Counted from the first letter of the stretch, positions 17,954 to 27,590 are shown. The stretch: DNA of 64,000 bases from Chthonomonadales bacterium (GCA_049967475.1 JBMFSQ010000007.1:79237-143236); one strand, 5' to 3'. The notes: generated by a model not told the origin, from the sequence alone. A program made the numbers and translations.

Positions 17954-20866
17954 TCAGGCGGCAGGTTGCGGGCCGGGTTCCGCGTCCGGAGCTGCGCCCT
18001 GCGGGACTTCCTGGTGTTTGCGGCTTCTTCCGCGCCCGCCGCGCCGACGGCGCCGACGCTTCTTCGTGTCGGGTTGTGCCTCCTCAGGCGGCACGGCAGG
18101 CGCTTCCGGGTTTGCATCGGCAGGTGCGCTTGCTTCGGGTCGGAGACCTGCTTCGATCACCACATCCTGCACCTCCAGCGGACGGGCCCTGCGGGGGCGC
18201 ATCCTCGGAATTCCAGGGAGGCTGAGGCGCCGCATCTCCTCGATGGTGCCTACATAGAAGATGCGCGTGCACCCGGCGTGGACCGCCATCTTGTATTCCT
18301 TAAGCGCTTCGGCCACCAGCATCTTGTTCGTGACGTCGTAAAGCCCCAGACCATCCGGTACCCACAAGGACCGGACGGCATTGCGCGGCGAATGAACCGT
18401 TACCCATCCGTGACCCGCCCACACATAGTCTTCATTCGTTTGAAGGTAGCGGTGCACGCCTGCATATCGGCAGAGACCTTCCAACAGATCCAGGGAGAGT
18501 GTGGGTTCCCCGCAAAAGACGGACTTCCACGTGCCGAGATCCCTTACAGCAACGGAGGGCAGTCCCGTTTGGGCGTATTCGTAGAGGACGGTAATGCTTG
18601 GGTCTTCTTCATCTACGAAGAACGAAGGAGTGATGCGTTCCTGCACGCCGAGCTCGCGTGTGCGGATGCCTTCAGTGATGGGATGGTGGGGCTGAACCAG
18701 AAGCGATCCGACGGGTGAACCCCAAGACTGCGGGCGCAGCGCCATTCCCACGAGATCGTTGGCGCTCTCTTCGGGCTGGCCGCGGTCTTCGCAGACTCCT
18801 ATGGCGTAGAGCCACACGAGCGTCTTGCCGCCGTTTTGGAGCTTCTCTTTCACTGCCTGGCGCTGCTCGGGGGTTATGCGGTAGGGGTTGAGGAATACGT
18901 AGAGCCTGGCGTCTGTGGGGAATGCCCGGTGGACGACGTCGCTCTGAAGGTAGAAGCCTACGGATGCTCCCAGCTTTTGAAAGAGATCACGCTGTTGGGC
19001 GAGGAGGCGCCGCAGAAAGGATGCATCCCGGCGAACGTGCATGAGGCTTCGTTCGGACACGAGGACGGCTACTTCGGGGGATTTGGCTTTGCGGTGTTTG
19101 AGGAGGTCGGAATAGCGGGAGTGGAAGGCGCCGATGCCGTCCCAGATGTCCGCAGCATCCAGCCAGCCTTCGCCCCAAAGGTCCATCCATAACACGCCGG
19201 TCTGGTGGGCTAGAGCTTTGCCCATGCTGCGGAGTTGGGCGTGGTGGGTGGCCGAGCTGGCCGGGAGCCGGGGGTTGAAATCATCCAGGGCGCCATTTTG
19301 CGGCGCCAAATGGGTTTTGATATCTTCCTCGGACACCCAGAGCTTCCCGTGGATTGCGGCGGCATCCACCGGGCCGGGGAAAGAGGCTGCACCGCCGATC
19401 TGCCTATCGCGGTAGGAAGGGGGCCCTGCCACGATGTCTATCGCGGGGCAATCCAGGATCTTCTCTAGAGCAAGGTGGCCCGAGAACGTGTGGTCAAATT
19501 CGAAGGTGTATCCGTAGCAGACACTCACGAGGGCGCGATTAGCTGAGGCTTCCTTGGCCGCTTTCGCCAGAGAGATGATGCGCTGTGCTGTGATGTCGGA
19601 GGTGTACTCGAGGAAGTCAATCATGCGCCGCTCGCGTCGTGGAGCCCAAAGGATGTTCAAGCCGGTGAGGGCTTTAGGCAGTGGAGGGATCTCCGCGGTA
19701 TGGAACTGCACCTCGCCGTCGAACCATGCAGCGCGCAAGGCTACGACGCTGTTCTTGTACTTAGCGCGGAGCCATTCCCGGAAGGCTTCCCGATTGGCGA
19801 AGGAGAGGTCGAAGCCGGTGTCTACGGGATGGAACCATTCGCCCCGTTCCAGATGGAAGCCGATGATGCGGTCTCGGTGTGGTGTATGTTCGAGGTGTTC
19901 CACGATGCCGCGGAGGGCATGTTCCGCTTCCAACCAGAAGCGGTCGGAAGCGAGAGAGGGATCTCCGGTGGTACCGTCTGCATAGTGGATGACCTCATCG
20001 GGATATTGCCTGCGCCAGCCGGGCGCCGGCACGAATACGAGGCGGGGTAGCATATAGGCTTCAGGATCGGCCTCAAAGAACACGGCGAGGCGAGCGTCCA
20101 ACTCGTCGTATACGGTGTCATCCGGGGGCAGGGGGCATGGAAGCTCGACGAGTGTCGAGAAGAGGTGCACCCCTGCCTGGGCGGCTCGGCGCACTTGCGA
20201 GGCTACGCGGCGGCTTTCCTTGGCGCCATCGGTGTTGCCGAAGAAGAAGATCGGCGCGCGGGCTAGACCGGCGATGTGCAGCTCGATGAGCCCGCGTCGC
20301 GTAACGAGGCGGCATCCGGCCCCATCGGCCGCTTTGGCAGAAGTCGTGCGCCGGACGCGCTTGGCGGGCCGGGATGCTTCTTCCTCGGTTGGGATGCTCC
20401 TACTTTCTGTGTCGGCGCCGACCGCGACGGGAGCGCCGTAGCCATCCGGCAGAGTTTGGCTAGGGGGCTCTTGGGCGGGCGCTTCCTCGGCAGCAGGGGC
20501 GAGGCCGCCTGGTTCGGGCTCTGCAGCTTCCTCGGCAGCGGTTGGCGGATGGGGTTTTGGCGTTCGCCGGGCGGCGCGGCGCCGTGATGGAGCTCCAGGC
20601 TCGGCTGCTGGGGCGCTGGGCGCCGTGTCTCTACTTCCTTCGTCGGCAATTGCGCCGGATTGGGAAGTTTCTTCTGATGGGGTATGGGATGGTTCGGGTG
20701 GGGCAGCCTGGGCGGCCTTGGTTCGCCGTTTGGGCGCCTGGGAAGCAGAGCGGCGACGTGTGGCTGGGCGAGAGGGGGCAGTGCCACCGTCGCCGCCGGG
20801 TGGGGTGTCCTCCGGCAGGGCCGCGGATTGCGCGGCTACTTCCGCCGGGGGCTCATCGTTTTGCAT
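17954..20866 (-). CDS. GH42/beta-galactosidase-like protein with long disordered termini
   Basis: FREWLRAKY...LRAAW (GH42-like), GPPSY..R, trimerisation-like C-terminal domain; low-complexity N-terminal ~185 aa; GGAGA RBS. Confidence 0.75.
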   Translation of the reverse strand: MQNDEPPAEVAAQSAALPEDTPPGGDGGTAPSRPATRRRSASQAPKRRTKAAQAAPPEPSHTPSEETSQSGAIADEGSRDTAPSAPAAEPGAPSRRRAARRTPKPHPPTAAEEAAEPEPGGLAPAAEEAPAQEPPSQTLPDGYGAPVAVGADTESRSIPTEEEASRPAKRVRRTTSAKAADGAGCRLVTRRGLIELHIAGLARAPIFFFGNTDGAKESRRVASQVRRAAQAGVHLFSTLVELPCPLPPDDTVYDELDARLAVFFEADPEAYMLPRLVFVPAPGWRRQYPDEVIHYADGTTGDPSLASDRFWLEAEHALRGIVEHLEHTPHRDRIIGFHLERGEWFHPVDTGFDLSFANREAFREWLRAKYKNSVVALRAAWFDGEVQFHTAEIPPLPKALTGLNILWAPRRERRMIDFLEYTSDITAQRIISLAKAAKEASANRALVSVCYGYTFEFDHTFSGHLALEKILDCPAIDIVAGPPSYRDRQIGGAASFPGPVDAAAIHGKLWVSEEDIKTHLAPQNGALDDFNPRLPASSATHHAQLRSMGKALAHQTGVLWMDLWGEGWLDAADIWDGIGAFHSRYSDLLKHRKAKSPEVAVLVSERSLMHVRRDASFLRRLLAQQRDLFQKLGASVGFYLQSDVVHRAFPTDARLYVFLNPYRITPEQRQAVKEKLQNGGKTLVWLYAIGVCEDRGQPEESANDLVGMALRPQSWGSPVGSLLVQPHHPITEGIRTRELGVQERITPSFFVDEEDPSITVLYEYAQTGLPSVAVRDLGTWKSVFCGEPTLSLDLLEGLCRYAGVHRYLQTNEDYVWAGHGWVTVHSPRNAVRSLWVPDGLGLYDVTNKMLVAEALKEYKMAVHAGCTRIFYVGTIEEMRRLSLPGIPRMRPRRARPLEVQDVVIEAGLRPEASAPADANPEAPAVPPEEAQPDTKKRRRRRRGGRGRSRKHQEVPQGAAPDAEPGPQPAA

Positions 20867-21024
20867 AAGGTCATCTCCTCATCAAATCGTAACATTGCGG
20901 GCATGGCACCGCATACCCCTTCTGAAGGGCGGCCGCCGTAAGTGCGTCCGCTCCGCCTTCCGCGCCGGCGACGGCGCACGGAACGCGGCGCCCCTCTCCG
21001 ACGGCCATTCGCTTTTGCGCCTGC

Positions 21025-22086
21025 CTAGCGTCCATCGCGAAGGGGAGGCACCACGGTGATGGTGACTTCGGCGCGGTTCCGGCTTGCCACCAGCAGAGGA
21101 TCGTAGCGGTAGGGTTTGCGCGGATCCCACAAGCCGGCGCGCTCGATGGCGGCTTCCACCTTCTTGCTGCGGCCGGGTTGGCCGGGTTGGGCGGCGTAGG
21201 CCAGGATGCAGAACGTGTGGTCGTTCTTTGGGAAGCGCTTGTCTACCTCGAAATCGCAGCGGAAGGTGTCTTGGCCGTCTGGATAAAGCTGGTAGATGCG
21301 GCCCATGCGGGCGTCTCTAGCAACCACAACCACGGGGGTAGCGGGTTGCGGAGGCAGGGGGAGGCGCACGGAAAGGACTACACGATCCCCGGGTTGTGCG
21401 ATGCCGGGCTCGATGCGGGCATCGGCGAAGAGCAGATAAGGTGAGGCTACAGTTGACGGCTGGTTATCCGATGCGCCACTCAGGCGGGCAGGATCGAACC
21501 AGGCACAGAGGCCGCGTGTCTCTTTGCCTCCCACGCGGAACACCTCTTGCTCCATCCAATAGACGTGAGCGACGGCGATTGCGTCGTTGCGGCCAGGCGC
21601 AGTCACCCGCATGAGCACGGAACCGGGCATCCATAAAGGCTTGGGAGCCGGATGGCCGGACGGCGCCAAGCTATCCACTACGGATTGAGCCAAGCCGCTT
21701 GCAGCGCCCACTCCGAACTTAGCGAGAGGGTCGGACACGGAGGCTGCGGAGGCCGCGGCACGGATGCCGTATTTGATGGGGCCTGCGGCTCCGCCGATGA
21801 GTCTGCCTACACCGCCCGCCACTTCGTGCAGAAAGCCTCCTCCGTGTTTGGAGGTAAGGTGCAGGGCTGATCGCGGGATCGCGAGGGTGTAGGTGCCGTC
21901 GGCATCGGTACGGGCATAATCCAGCACGTGGCCTTGGTCATCGAAAACGGCCACCGTGGCGTCGGCGATGGGCTTGTTGGTGTCTTGGCTGATCACGCGC
22001 CCTGTGGCCCAAACGAGCTCATCGCCGCAAGCGGGCAGCGCAGCGAGGCAGATCAGAGCGGTGAGGACGACGAAGCACCGGGGCAT
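21025..22086 (-). CDS. exported protein with carboxypeptidase-regulatory-like (CarboxypepD_reg) domain
   Basis: Signal peptide; GRVISQDTNKPIADATV...TDADGTY. Confidence 0.7.
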   Translation of the reverse strand: MPRCFVVLTALICLAALPACGDELVWATGRVISQDTNKPIADATVAVFDDQGHVLDYARTDADGTYTLAIPRSALHLTSKHGGGFLHEVAGGVGRLIGGAAGPIKYGIRAAASAASVSDPLAKFGVGAASGLAQSVVDSLAPSGHPAPKPLWMPGSVLMRVTAPGRNDAIAVAHVYWMEQEVFRVGGKETRGLCAWFDPARLSGASDNQPSTVASPYLLFADARIEPGIAQPGDRVVLSVRLPLPPQPATPVVVVARDARMGRIYQLYPDGQDTFRCDFEVDKRFPKNDHTFCILAYAAQPGQPGRSKKVEAAIERAGLWDPRKPYRYDPLLVASRNRAEVTITVVPPLRDGR

Positions 22087-22163
22087 GGACCGACACTCCC
22101 CCGCGCGGGCTCTCGGTGCGAGGAGGGCTTCGGGTGCCGCGCCCGAAGCCCTCAGCTTCCCGG

Positions 22164-22237
22164 TAGCGGAGGTGGGACTCGAACCCACGACCTAACGATT
22201 ATGAGCCGTTCGCTCTGACCGACTGAGCTACTCCGCC
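22164..22237 (-). tRNA. tRNA-Met(CAT), probably elongator; CCA not encoded
   Basis: GGCGGAGTAGCTCAG...AACGG-CTCATAA-TCGTT...GGTTCGAGTCC...CTCCGCTA; acceptor G2-C71/C3-G70 is Met-like, Ile2 not fully excluded. Confidence 0.9.
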
Positions 22238-22311
22238 GGATGGGCCTATCGCGATGCCTGAGCCCGCTGCGTTCAAGACGCGAAGCGCACGCTAGTAAGC
22301 GCCCGTGAACC

Positions 22312-22340
22312 ATTATAGCATATGCTTTGCGGGCTTGCAA
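22312..22340 (-). promoter_or_regulatory. sigma70-type promoter for tRNA-Met
   Basis: TTGCAA-17 bp-TATAAT with extended TG on the minus strand. Confidence 0.75.
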
Positions 22341-22377
22341 TCGGAGGTGTGCGGGCTCGCGAGGCGGGCAGGGGCTG

Positions 22378-22450
22378 CGCGCTCGGAGGGATTCGAACCC
22401 CCGGCCTTCTGATCCGAAGTCAGATGCTCTATCCACTGAGCTACGAGCGC
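22378..22450 (-). tRNA. tRNA-Arg(TCG); CCA not encoded
   Basis: GCGCTCGTAGCTCAGTGGATAGAGCA-TCTGA-CTTCGGA-TCAGA...GGTTCGAATCC...CGAGCGCG; A20 Arg identity element. Confidence 0.93.
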
Positions 22451-22459
22451 AACGCCCGC

Positions 22460-22489
22460 ATTATAACACATCGGCCCCGGCGCGGTCAA
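22460..22489 (-). promoter_or_regulatory. sigma70-type promoter for tRNA-Arg
   Basis: TTGACC-18 bp-TATAAT with extended TG, followed by a GC-rich discriminator. Confidence 0.75.
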
Positions 22490-22632
22490 AGCGGGGCGGG
22501 CCTTCCCCTCTCGCCGGTGGACGCGGGAGGTTGGAGAAGGGCTCAAAAGGTGTATCATATCACGTGGAAGCGCCGGCCGTCTGCAACGGGTGGGAAAACG
22601 GCTCTGGGTGAAGGCCGGCGGGGTCGGCACGC

Positions 22633-24075
22633 ATGGCACACGAAGCTCGTTATGCCAACTACATCGGTGGGCGGCGCGCGCCGCCGGCATCGGGCCTCTA
22701 CCTGATAGATATCAATCCGGCGGATGCGGCTGATGTGATCGGTGAGTTTCCCAATTCGAGCGCAGACGATGCAGCGCGCGCAGTAGAAGCAGCACAGAGT
22801 GCCTTTCGTGCTTGGGCAGGGCTGCCGCCGGGCGCACGCAGCGATTTTCTGCGTAGGGCGGCAGCCATTCTGGAGCAGCGCGCTACAGAAGTGGCCCGAG
22901 ACCTCGTACGTGAGCAAGGCAAGCCCCCACGGTATGCGAAGGCGGAAGTCCTTGCGGCGTCGGCGATCCTTCGGCATTCTGCCGATCTCGGGATGTTGGC
23001 GACGGGGCAGGTTTTGCCGCAGTCGGATGGTTCTGCCTTGGCATTCACACAGAGGCTGCCGGTTGGACCGTGTGCCGTCGTCTCCTCATGGCTGGATCCC
23101 ATCGCAGGGCCGCTGCGTCAGGCCGCTCCGGCATTGGCTTTGGGCAATACGGTGGTCCTCAACCCTTCAGAATGGACACCGCAGGCGGCCTGGAACATTC
23201 TTCAATGTTTTGAAGAGGCAGGCATTCCTGCGGGCGTATTCAATGTGGTGTTTGGGGAGCCCACCATGGCCGGCCGTTCGCTGGGGACCCATGCGGATAC
23301 GGCTGCAGTTGCTTTTCAAGGTTCCCCGCGGACAGCCGCGGCGATGCTGCAATGGTGTACTGCTCCGGGACGGAGGCTCCATCTGGAGACGCACGGGTGG
23401 AGCGCTTTGTTGGTGGCGGCCGGAGGCGACGTGGAGCGAGCTGCTCGGGATGCCGTGCACGGCGCCTTCGCCTGTGCCGGACAACGCTGGGACAGGGTAG
23501 CATTGGCTTTAGTGCACGCATCGAGGTACCCGGAGTTTCTAGAACGCGTAAAGACGGCGGTGCGCACACTCGCGGTGGGAATGGGCGACGACGGCCGGGC
23601 CGAAGTTGGCCCCCTCATAGGGCGCGAAGCTCGAGATCGCGTGATTGCGTGGATTGCGAAGGCGCGGCGATCGGGTGCGGAACTCGTGGCTGGGGGAGAG
23701 CCCCTCGGGGACGAGCGCTTGGCCAAGGGCTGTTTTATGGCCCCGGCGGTGTTGGCGGCCCGGGATTTGGGACACCTGCATCTGGAGCCGGATTTGTTGG
23801 GGCCGGCCCTGGTTGTAGCCTCATTCGACGACGCGGATGAGGGGCTTGCTGCGCTAAATGGGCTCGAAGGATGTCGCGCGGCATCGTTGTACCCGCGCGA
23901 TGTGGATGGAGCTCTCGCTTTGGCAGACGAAATGCGCTTGCAGTCTGTGGCGATCAACGGGCCGGCGCGATCCCCCCATTGCGAGCCGAGCTTTTCCTAC
24001 AGCTTCGATGCCGAGGCCGTGGCCGCTTATACCCGTGTAAGGACGATCTCCTTTGCGGCTCCCGCGGTGTCGTGA
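22633..24075 (+). CDS. aldehyde dehydrogenase-fold protein, catalytic residues degenerate
   Basis: NYIGG, INPA, AGIPAGVFNVVFG, VGPLI, GCFMAPAV give the ALDH fold; GQRC is GQRW and PWNFP is SWLDP. Confidence 0.85.
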   Translation: MAHEARYANYIGGRRAPPASGLYLIDINPADAADVIGEFPNSSADDAARAVEAAQSAFRAWAGLPPGARSDFLRRAAAILEQRATEVARDLVREQGKPPRYAKAEVLAASAILRHSADLGMLATGQVLPQSDGSALAFTQRLPVGPCAVVSSWLDPIAGPLRQAAPALALGNTVVLNPSEWTPQAAWNILQCFEEAGIPAGVFNVVFGEPTMAGRSLGTHADTAAVAFQGSPRTAAAMLQWCTAPGRRLHLETHGWSALLVAAGGDVERAARDAVHGAFACAGQRWDRVALALVHASRYPEFLERVKTAVRTLAVGMGDDGRAEVGPLIGREARDRVIAWIAKARRSGAELVAGGEPLGDERLAKGCFMAPAVLAARDLGHLHLEPDLLGPALVVASFDDADEGLAALNGLEGCRAASLYPRDVDGALALADEMRLQSVAINGPARSPHCEPSFSYSFDAEAVAAYTRVRTISFAAPAVS

Positions 24076-24194
24076 GGAATGATTCCGAAACTGCCGGCAA
24101 CTCTTGGGGAAGGGGCGCCGTATGGCCAGATAGGGTTCCGTTTCGCGCCTATGGCCTTTGATACGCGGGGCGCATCAGGGGTGTTGAAGCAGGG

Positions 24195-25292
24195 ATGAAT
24201 ATCCTTCAGGTGGTATCCAGCTCGCGGACCTCGGGCGCGGAGAAGCACCTGGTGATCCTTTCGCGTTGGCTTCAGCGGATGGGGCACAACGTCACCGCCG
24301 TATGTCCGCCTGGAGGCTGGCTGCCGGAACAACTCCATGCTGCAGGCATCCCCACGGTGGAGATGCCCATGCGTGGCCTTCTGGCACCGAAGGCCGTGTT
24401 CAGTTTGGGAGCGCTGGCGAAGAAGCAGCATATTGACATCATCCACACACACCTCACGCGGGCTACGTATATGGGGTATCTGGCAGGACTTCTGGCCCAT
24501 GTGCCCGTTATCTCGACGGTCCACATTTGGAGTAGGGATTTCGCCTATCGGTATCTGCCTTCACACAACCATTGGTTCGTGGCGGTGTCCAATTACGCTC
24601 GAGACGCCCTGATTGCCCGTGGATTGCCCGCTTCCCGTGTCGAGACCGTGTACAATGGGACCGACCTGGGCGAGGGCGAGGATTTGGAGGGCTCGTCCAG
24701 CGAGCTGAGTGTGAGCGCGGAGCTGGGCCTTCCTCCCGATGCTCAGATCGTAGGGCTATTCGGGCGTGTGGATGCCTTCAAAGGGCATGGGGTATTGGTG
24801 CGAGCCGCTCCGGCCATCGTGGCGAAATGCCCTCGGGCGTACTTTGTTTTTGTTGGTCCGGCGCAGCCCCATATTCAACAGGGGCTTTGGGAACTGGCTT
24901 CTGCCGAAGGGGTGGCCGACCGCATGCGCTTCACCGGCGTTCGCAACGACGTGGGGAGGCTGATGGCGGCTGTAGACGTGGTGACCGCTCCTTCTCTAAC
25001 GGAGACTTTCGGCATGGTGATTGTGGAGGCCATGGCTCTGGGAAAGGCCGTGGTAGCCACGCGGGCGGGAGGCATCCCGGAGTTGGTTCTGGACAACGAG
25101 ACCGGGGTTCTTGTGGAACGGACGCCCAGGGCGCTAGCGGACGCGGTAATCAGCTTGTTGCAGAACCCGGCACGCCGCTCCGATATGGGGCGTGCCGGCC
25201 GGGATCGGGCACGGGCGCTCTTCAGGGCGGATGTGATGGCGCACAATATGGAAAGCCTCTACCGCCGCGTGCTGGAAAGTTGCGGGCTCTAG
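24195..25292 (+). CDS. GT4-family glycosyltransferase
   Basis: SGAEKH, IIHTH, GRVDAFKG, ETFGMVIVEAMALG. Confidence 0.93.
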   Translation: MNILQVVSSSRTSGAEKHLVILSRWLQRMGHNVTAVCPPGGWLPEQLHAAGIPTVEMPMRGLLAPKAVFSLGALAKKQHIDIIHTHLTRATYMGYLAGLLAHVPVISTVHIWSRDFAYRYLPSHNHWFVAVSNYARDALIARGLPASRVETVYNGTDLGEGEDLEGSSSELSVSAELGLPPDAQIVGLFGRVDAFKGHGVLVRAAPAIVAKCPRAYFVFVGPAQPHIQQGLWELASAEGVADRMRFTGVRNDVGRLMAAVDVVTAPSLTETFGMVIVEAMALGKAVVATRAGGIPELVLDNETGVLVERTPRALADAVISLLQNPARRSDMGRAGRDRARALFRADVMAHNMESLYRRVLESCGL

Positions 25293-26836
25293 TGGGCAAA
25301 GCGTCGGCGGCGAGGGCGCATTGGGCTGCCGGTGTGCTCATCGCGGCTGCTGCCGGGGTTCAGGCGTACCTTGCCTGGGCTCTTCCCCTTGCCGCAGATG
25401 AGACGTACTATTGGGAGTGGAGCCGTCATCTCGGCTGGGGCTACTATGATCAAGGCCCCATGATCGCTTGGTGGATCCGGGCATCCACTGCGCTGTTGGG
25501 CGATGGATCCTTGGGCATCCGCGCAGGCATCGTGCTCGCTGCCGCCGGCACGCATTTGCTGGTCTACCTCCTGGGTCTTCAGGTGGCCGCTCCCAGGGTT
25601 GCCCTCCGAGCGTTGGTGCTCAGCATCATTACTCCGCTCTCATTTGCCGGCGGCTTCATAGCCACGTACGATCCCCTGTTGGTGTTTTTCTGGAGTGGAG
25701 CTATAACAGCCGGGCTACGGGCTTTGGGATCCTCCGGCTTCAGGTGGTGGGTGTTTGTTGGAGTGCTATGGGGTCTTGGCCTGCTGAGCAAACACTCCAT
25801 GGCTCTCTTCGCCTTGTGCTTGGGAGTGGCACTGCTGCACCCCGATTGGCGGCACTGGTTCCGACGGCCTCAGCCATGGGTAGCTCTCGTGGTGGGCGTG
25901 GCGGTCTTCCTCCCGAACCTCATTTGGCAATCCTTCCATCACTGGATGACGTTTCGGCACCTGTTTCTGCTCACGGCGGGAGACAACCATACTCCGTGGC
26001 GCCGATTGGGAGAATACATAGGATCGCAGGCAGGGTTGATCTCCCCGCTTCTGTTCGCGGGGTTTGTCGCCTCTCTTATCTATGCCATGCGCCGTGGCTG
26101 GAAGCTCGGGGAAGCGCGCGTTTGGTATCTATTCTCCATGGCCGCTCCCGTGCTCGTGTTTTTTTGCCTTCTGGCCTTGAAATCCAAGGTTCAGGCGAAC
26201 TGGGCTGTTATGGGCTGGGTGAGCGTGCCCCTTGTATATGCTTTATGGTTGGAGGACGCGGCGCGCGAGGAGCGAAGAGGCAAACTGGTCACGATATTGG
26301 ACGGTGCAGCGGTAGCTGTTTGCTGCATGCTCACGCTTCTGCTGGTAGCGCCGGAACTGCGCACTGCGATGGGGATGCGGGTGCCGGCCCGGTGGGACCA
26401 AACCAACAAGCTGTTTGGCGGTCGGGAGATCGCAGACGCCGCCGAGAGGGCCAAGAGGATGATGGAAGCCGAAGGGGCCGGCCCTGTAGTATTGGCTGCC
26501 GCCACTTATGACACGGCAAGCCGGATGGCTTATTACATGAGAGGCAAACCCCATGTGGCCTGCATCTTCGTCGGGACACGGATGAACAGTTATGTGCTCT
26601 GGAACAAGGAAGCCCATCTGGTCCCGGGAAGCAACGCCGTAATCGTAGATGGATGCGGCCCTAGCGACGCGTGTTTGCCCCCGTTCCGGGCGATCTTCCA
26701 CCGGGTGGTGTACACTCCGCCGCCTGTTCTGGTATACCGGCCCGGCGTGTATCGCCAGCCGGTGGACCGCCTCTACGTTTACCGGTGCTACGGGTACCAT
26801 CCCAACAAGGATGTGGAGCGGCCGAAAGGAGGATAG
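25292..26836 (+). CDS. ArnT/PMT-like GT-C membrane glycosyltransferase
   Basis: DETYYWEWSRHLGWGYYDQGPMIAW, LSKH, PNLIW, multiple TM helices; GTG start overlaps the GT4 stop. Confidence 0.88.
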   Translation: MGKASAARAHWAAGVLIAAAAGVQAYLAWALPLAADETYYWEWSRHLGWGYYDQGPMIAWWIRASTALLGDGSLGIRAGIVLAAAGTHLLVYLLGLQVAAPRVALRALVLSIITPLSFAGGFIATYDPLLVFFWSGAITAGLRALGSSGFRWWVFVGVLWGLGLLSKHSMALFALCLGVALLHPDWRHWFRRPQPWVALVVGVAVFLPNLIWQSFHHWMTFRHLFLLTAGDNHTPWRRLGEYIGSQAGLISPLLFAGFVASLIYAMRRGWKLGEARVWYLFSMAAPVLVFFCLLALKSKVQANWAVMGWVSVPLVYALWLEDAAREERRGKLVTILDGAAVAVCCMLTLLLVAPELRTAMGMRVPARWDQTNKLFGGREIADAAERAKRMMEAEGAGPVVLAAATYDTASRMAYYMRGKPHVACIFVGTRMNSYVLWNKEAHLVPGSNAVIVDGCGPSDACLPPFRAIFHRVVYTPPPVLVYRPGVYRQPVDRLYVYRCYGYHPNKDVERPKGG

Positions 26837-26842
26837 GGAGGG

Positions 26843-27586
26843 ATGGGGCTCAAGGGCGGTTCGGGCGATTGGTGTTTGCCGATCCTGATGTACCATCATG
26901 TGGGGGCAGAATGGCGCAATCGGCCCCAGCACTTTCTCAATGTGACCGCCGGAACCTTTGCTCGGCAGATGCGGTTTCTTGCCCGCGCCGGATACCGGGC
27001 GGTGTCATTCGCCGAGGCTGCTAGGGCCCTTGCCGCACGCGATCGGCCTGGCCGGCGGCTCATCTGCATCACATTCGATGACGGTTATGCCAGCGTTGCC
27101 CGGAATGCAGCTCCGGTGTTGGAGGCGCTGAATTGGCCCGCCACAGTATTCGTGCCCACGGCCTGGGCGGGGCGTCGCAACGAGTGGGATGAGGCCGAAG
27201 GTCGCCCGGTCCAGCCGATCATGGGTTGGGATGCTCTGGCCGAGCTGGCCGCGCGCGGATGGGAGATAGGCGCGCACACCCGCACACACCCGCATCTGGA
27301 GCTTCTGGCGGAGGACACCGCGTGGGAAGAGATTTCCGGATGCCGGCGGGACATGCAGGAACGGCTGGGCATTGCACCCTGCACCTTCTGCTATCCGTTC
27401 GGCACGTACAATGCCTCCGTTAAGGAGTTGGTGCGCAGAGCCGGGTATACCGCAGCATGCACCACGAGGAGCGGCCTTGCGTATCGGGGCGCCGATCCCA
27501 TGGAGTACCCTCGGGTAAAAGTGGCGTACCGCGATGGCTTGCCGGGGATGCTTTACCGGTTGTGGATCCGCCCGCGCTTGGGATAA
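26843..27586 (+). CDS. polysaccharide deacetylase (CE4/NodB)
   Basis: ILMYHHV, ITFDDGY, GAHTRTHPHL, FCYPFG. Confidence 0.92.
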   Translation: MGLKGGSGDWCLPILMYHHVGAEWRNRPQHFLNVTAGTFARQMRFLARAGYRAVSFAEAARALAARDRPGRRLICITFDDGYASVARNAAPVLEALNWPATVFVPTAWAGRRNEWDEAEGRPVQPIMGWDALAELAARGWEIGAHTRTHPHLELLAEDTAWEEISGCRRDMQERLGIAPCTFCYPFGTYNASVKELVRRAGYTAACTTRSGLAYRGADPMEYPRVKVAYRDGLPGMLYRLWIRPRLG

Positions 27587-27590
27587 CGCA

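Noticed and set aside
24572..25291. N-terminal extension of the 754-aa GT-C ORF
   Set aside because: Overlaps GT4 in another frame and reads as non-protein-like Arg/Gly-rich sequence; GTG at 25292 is the plausible start
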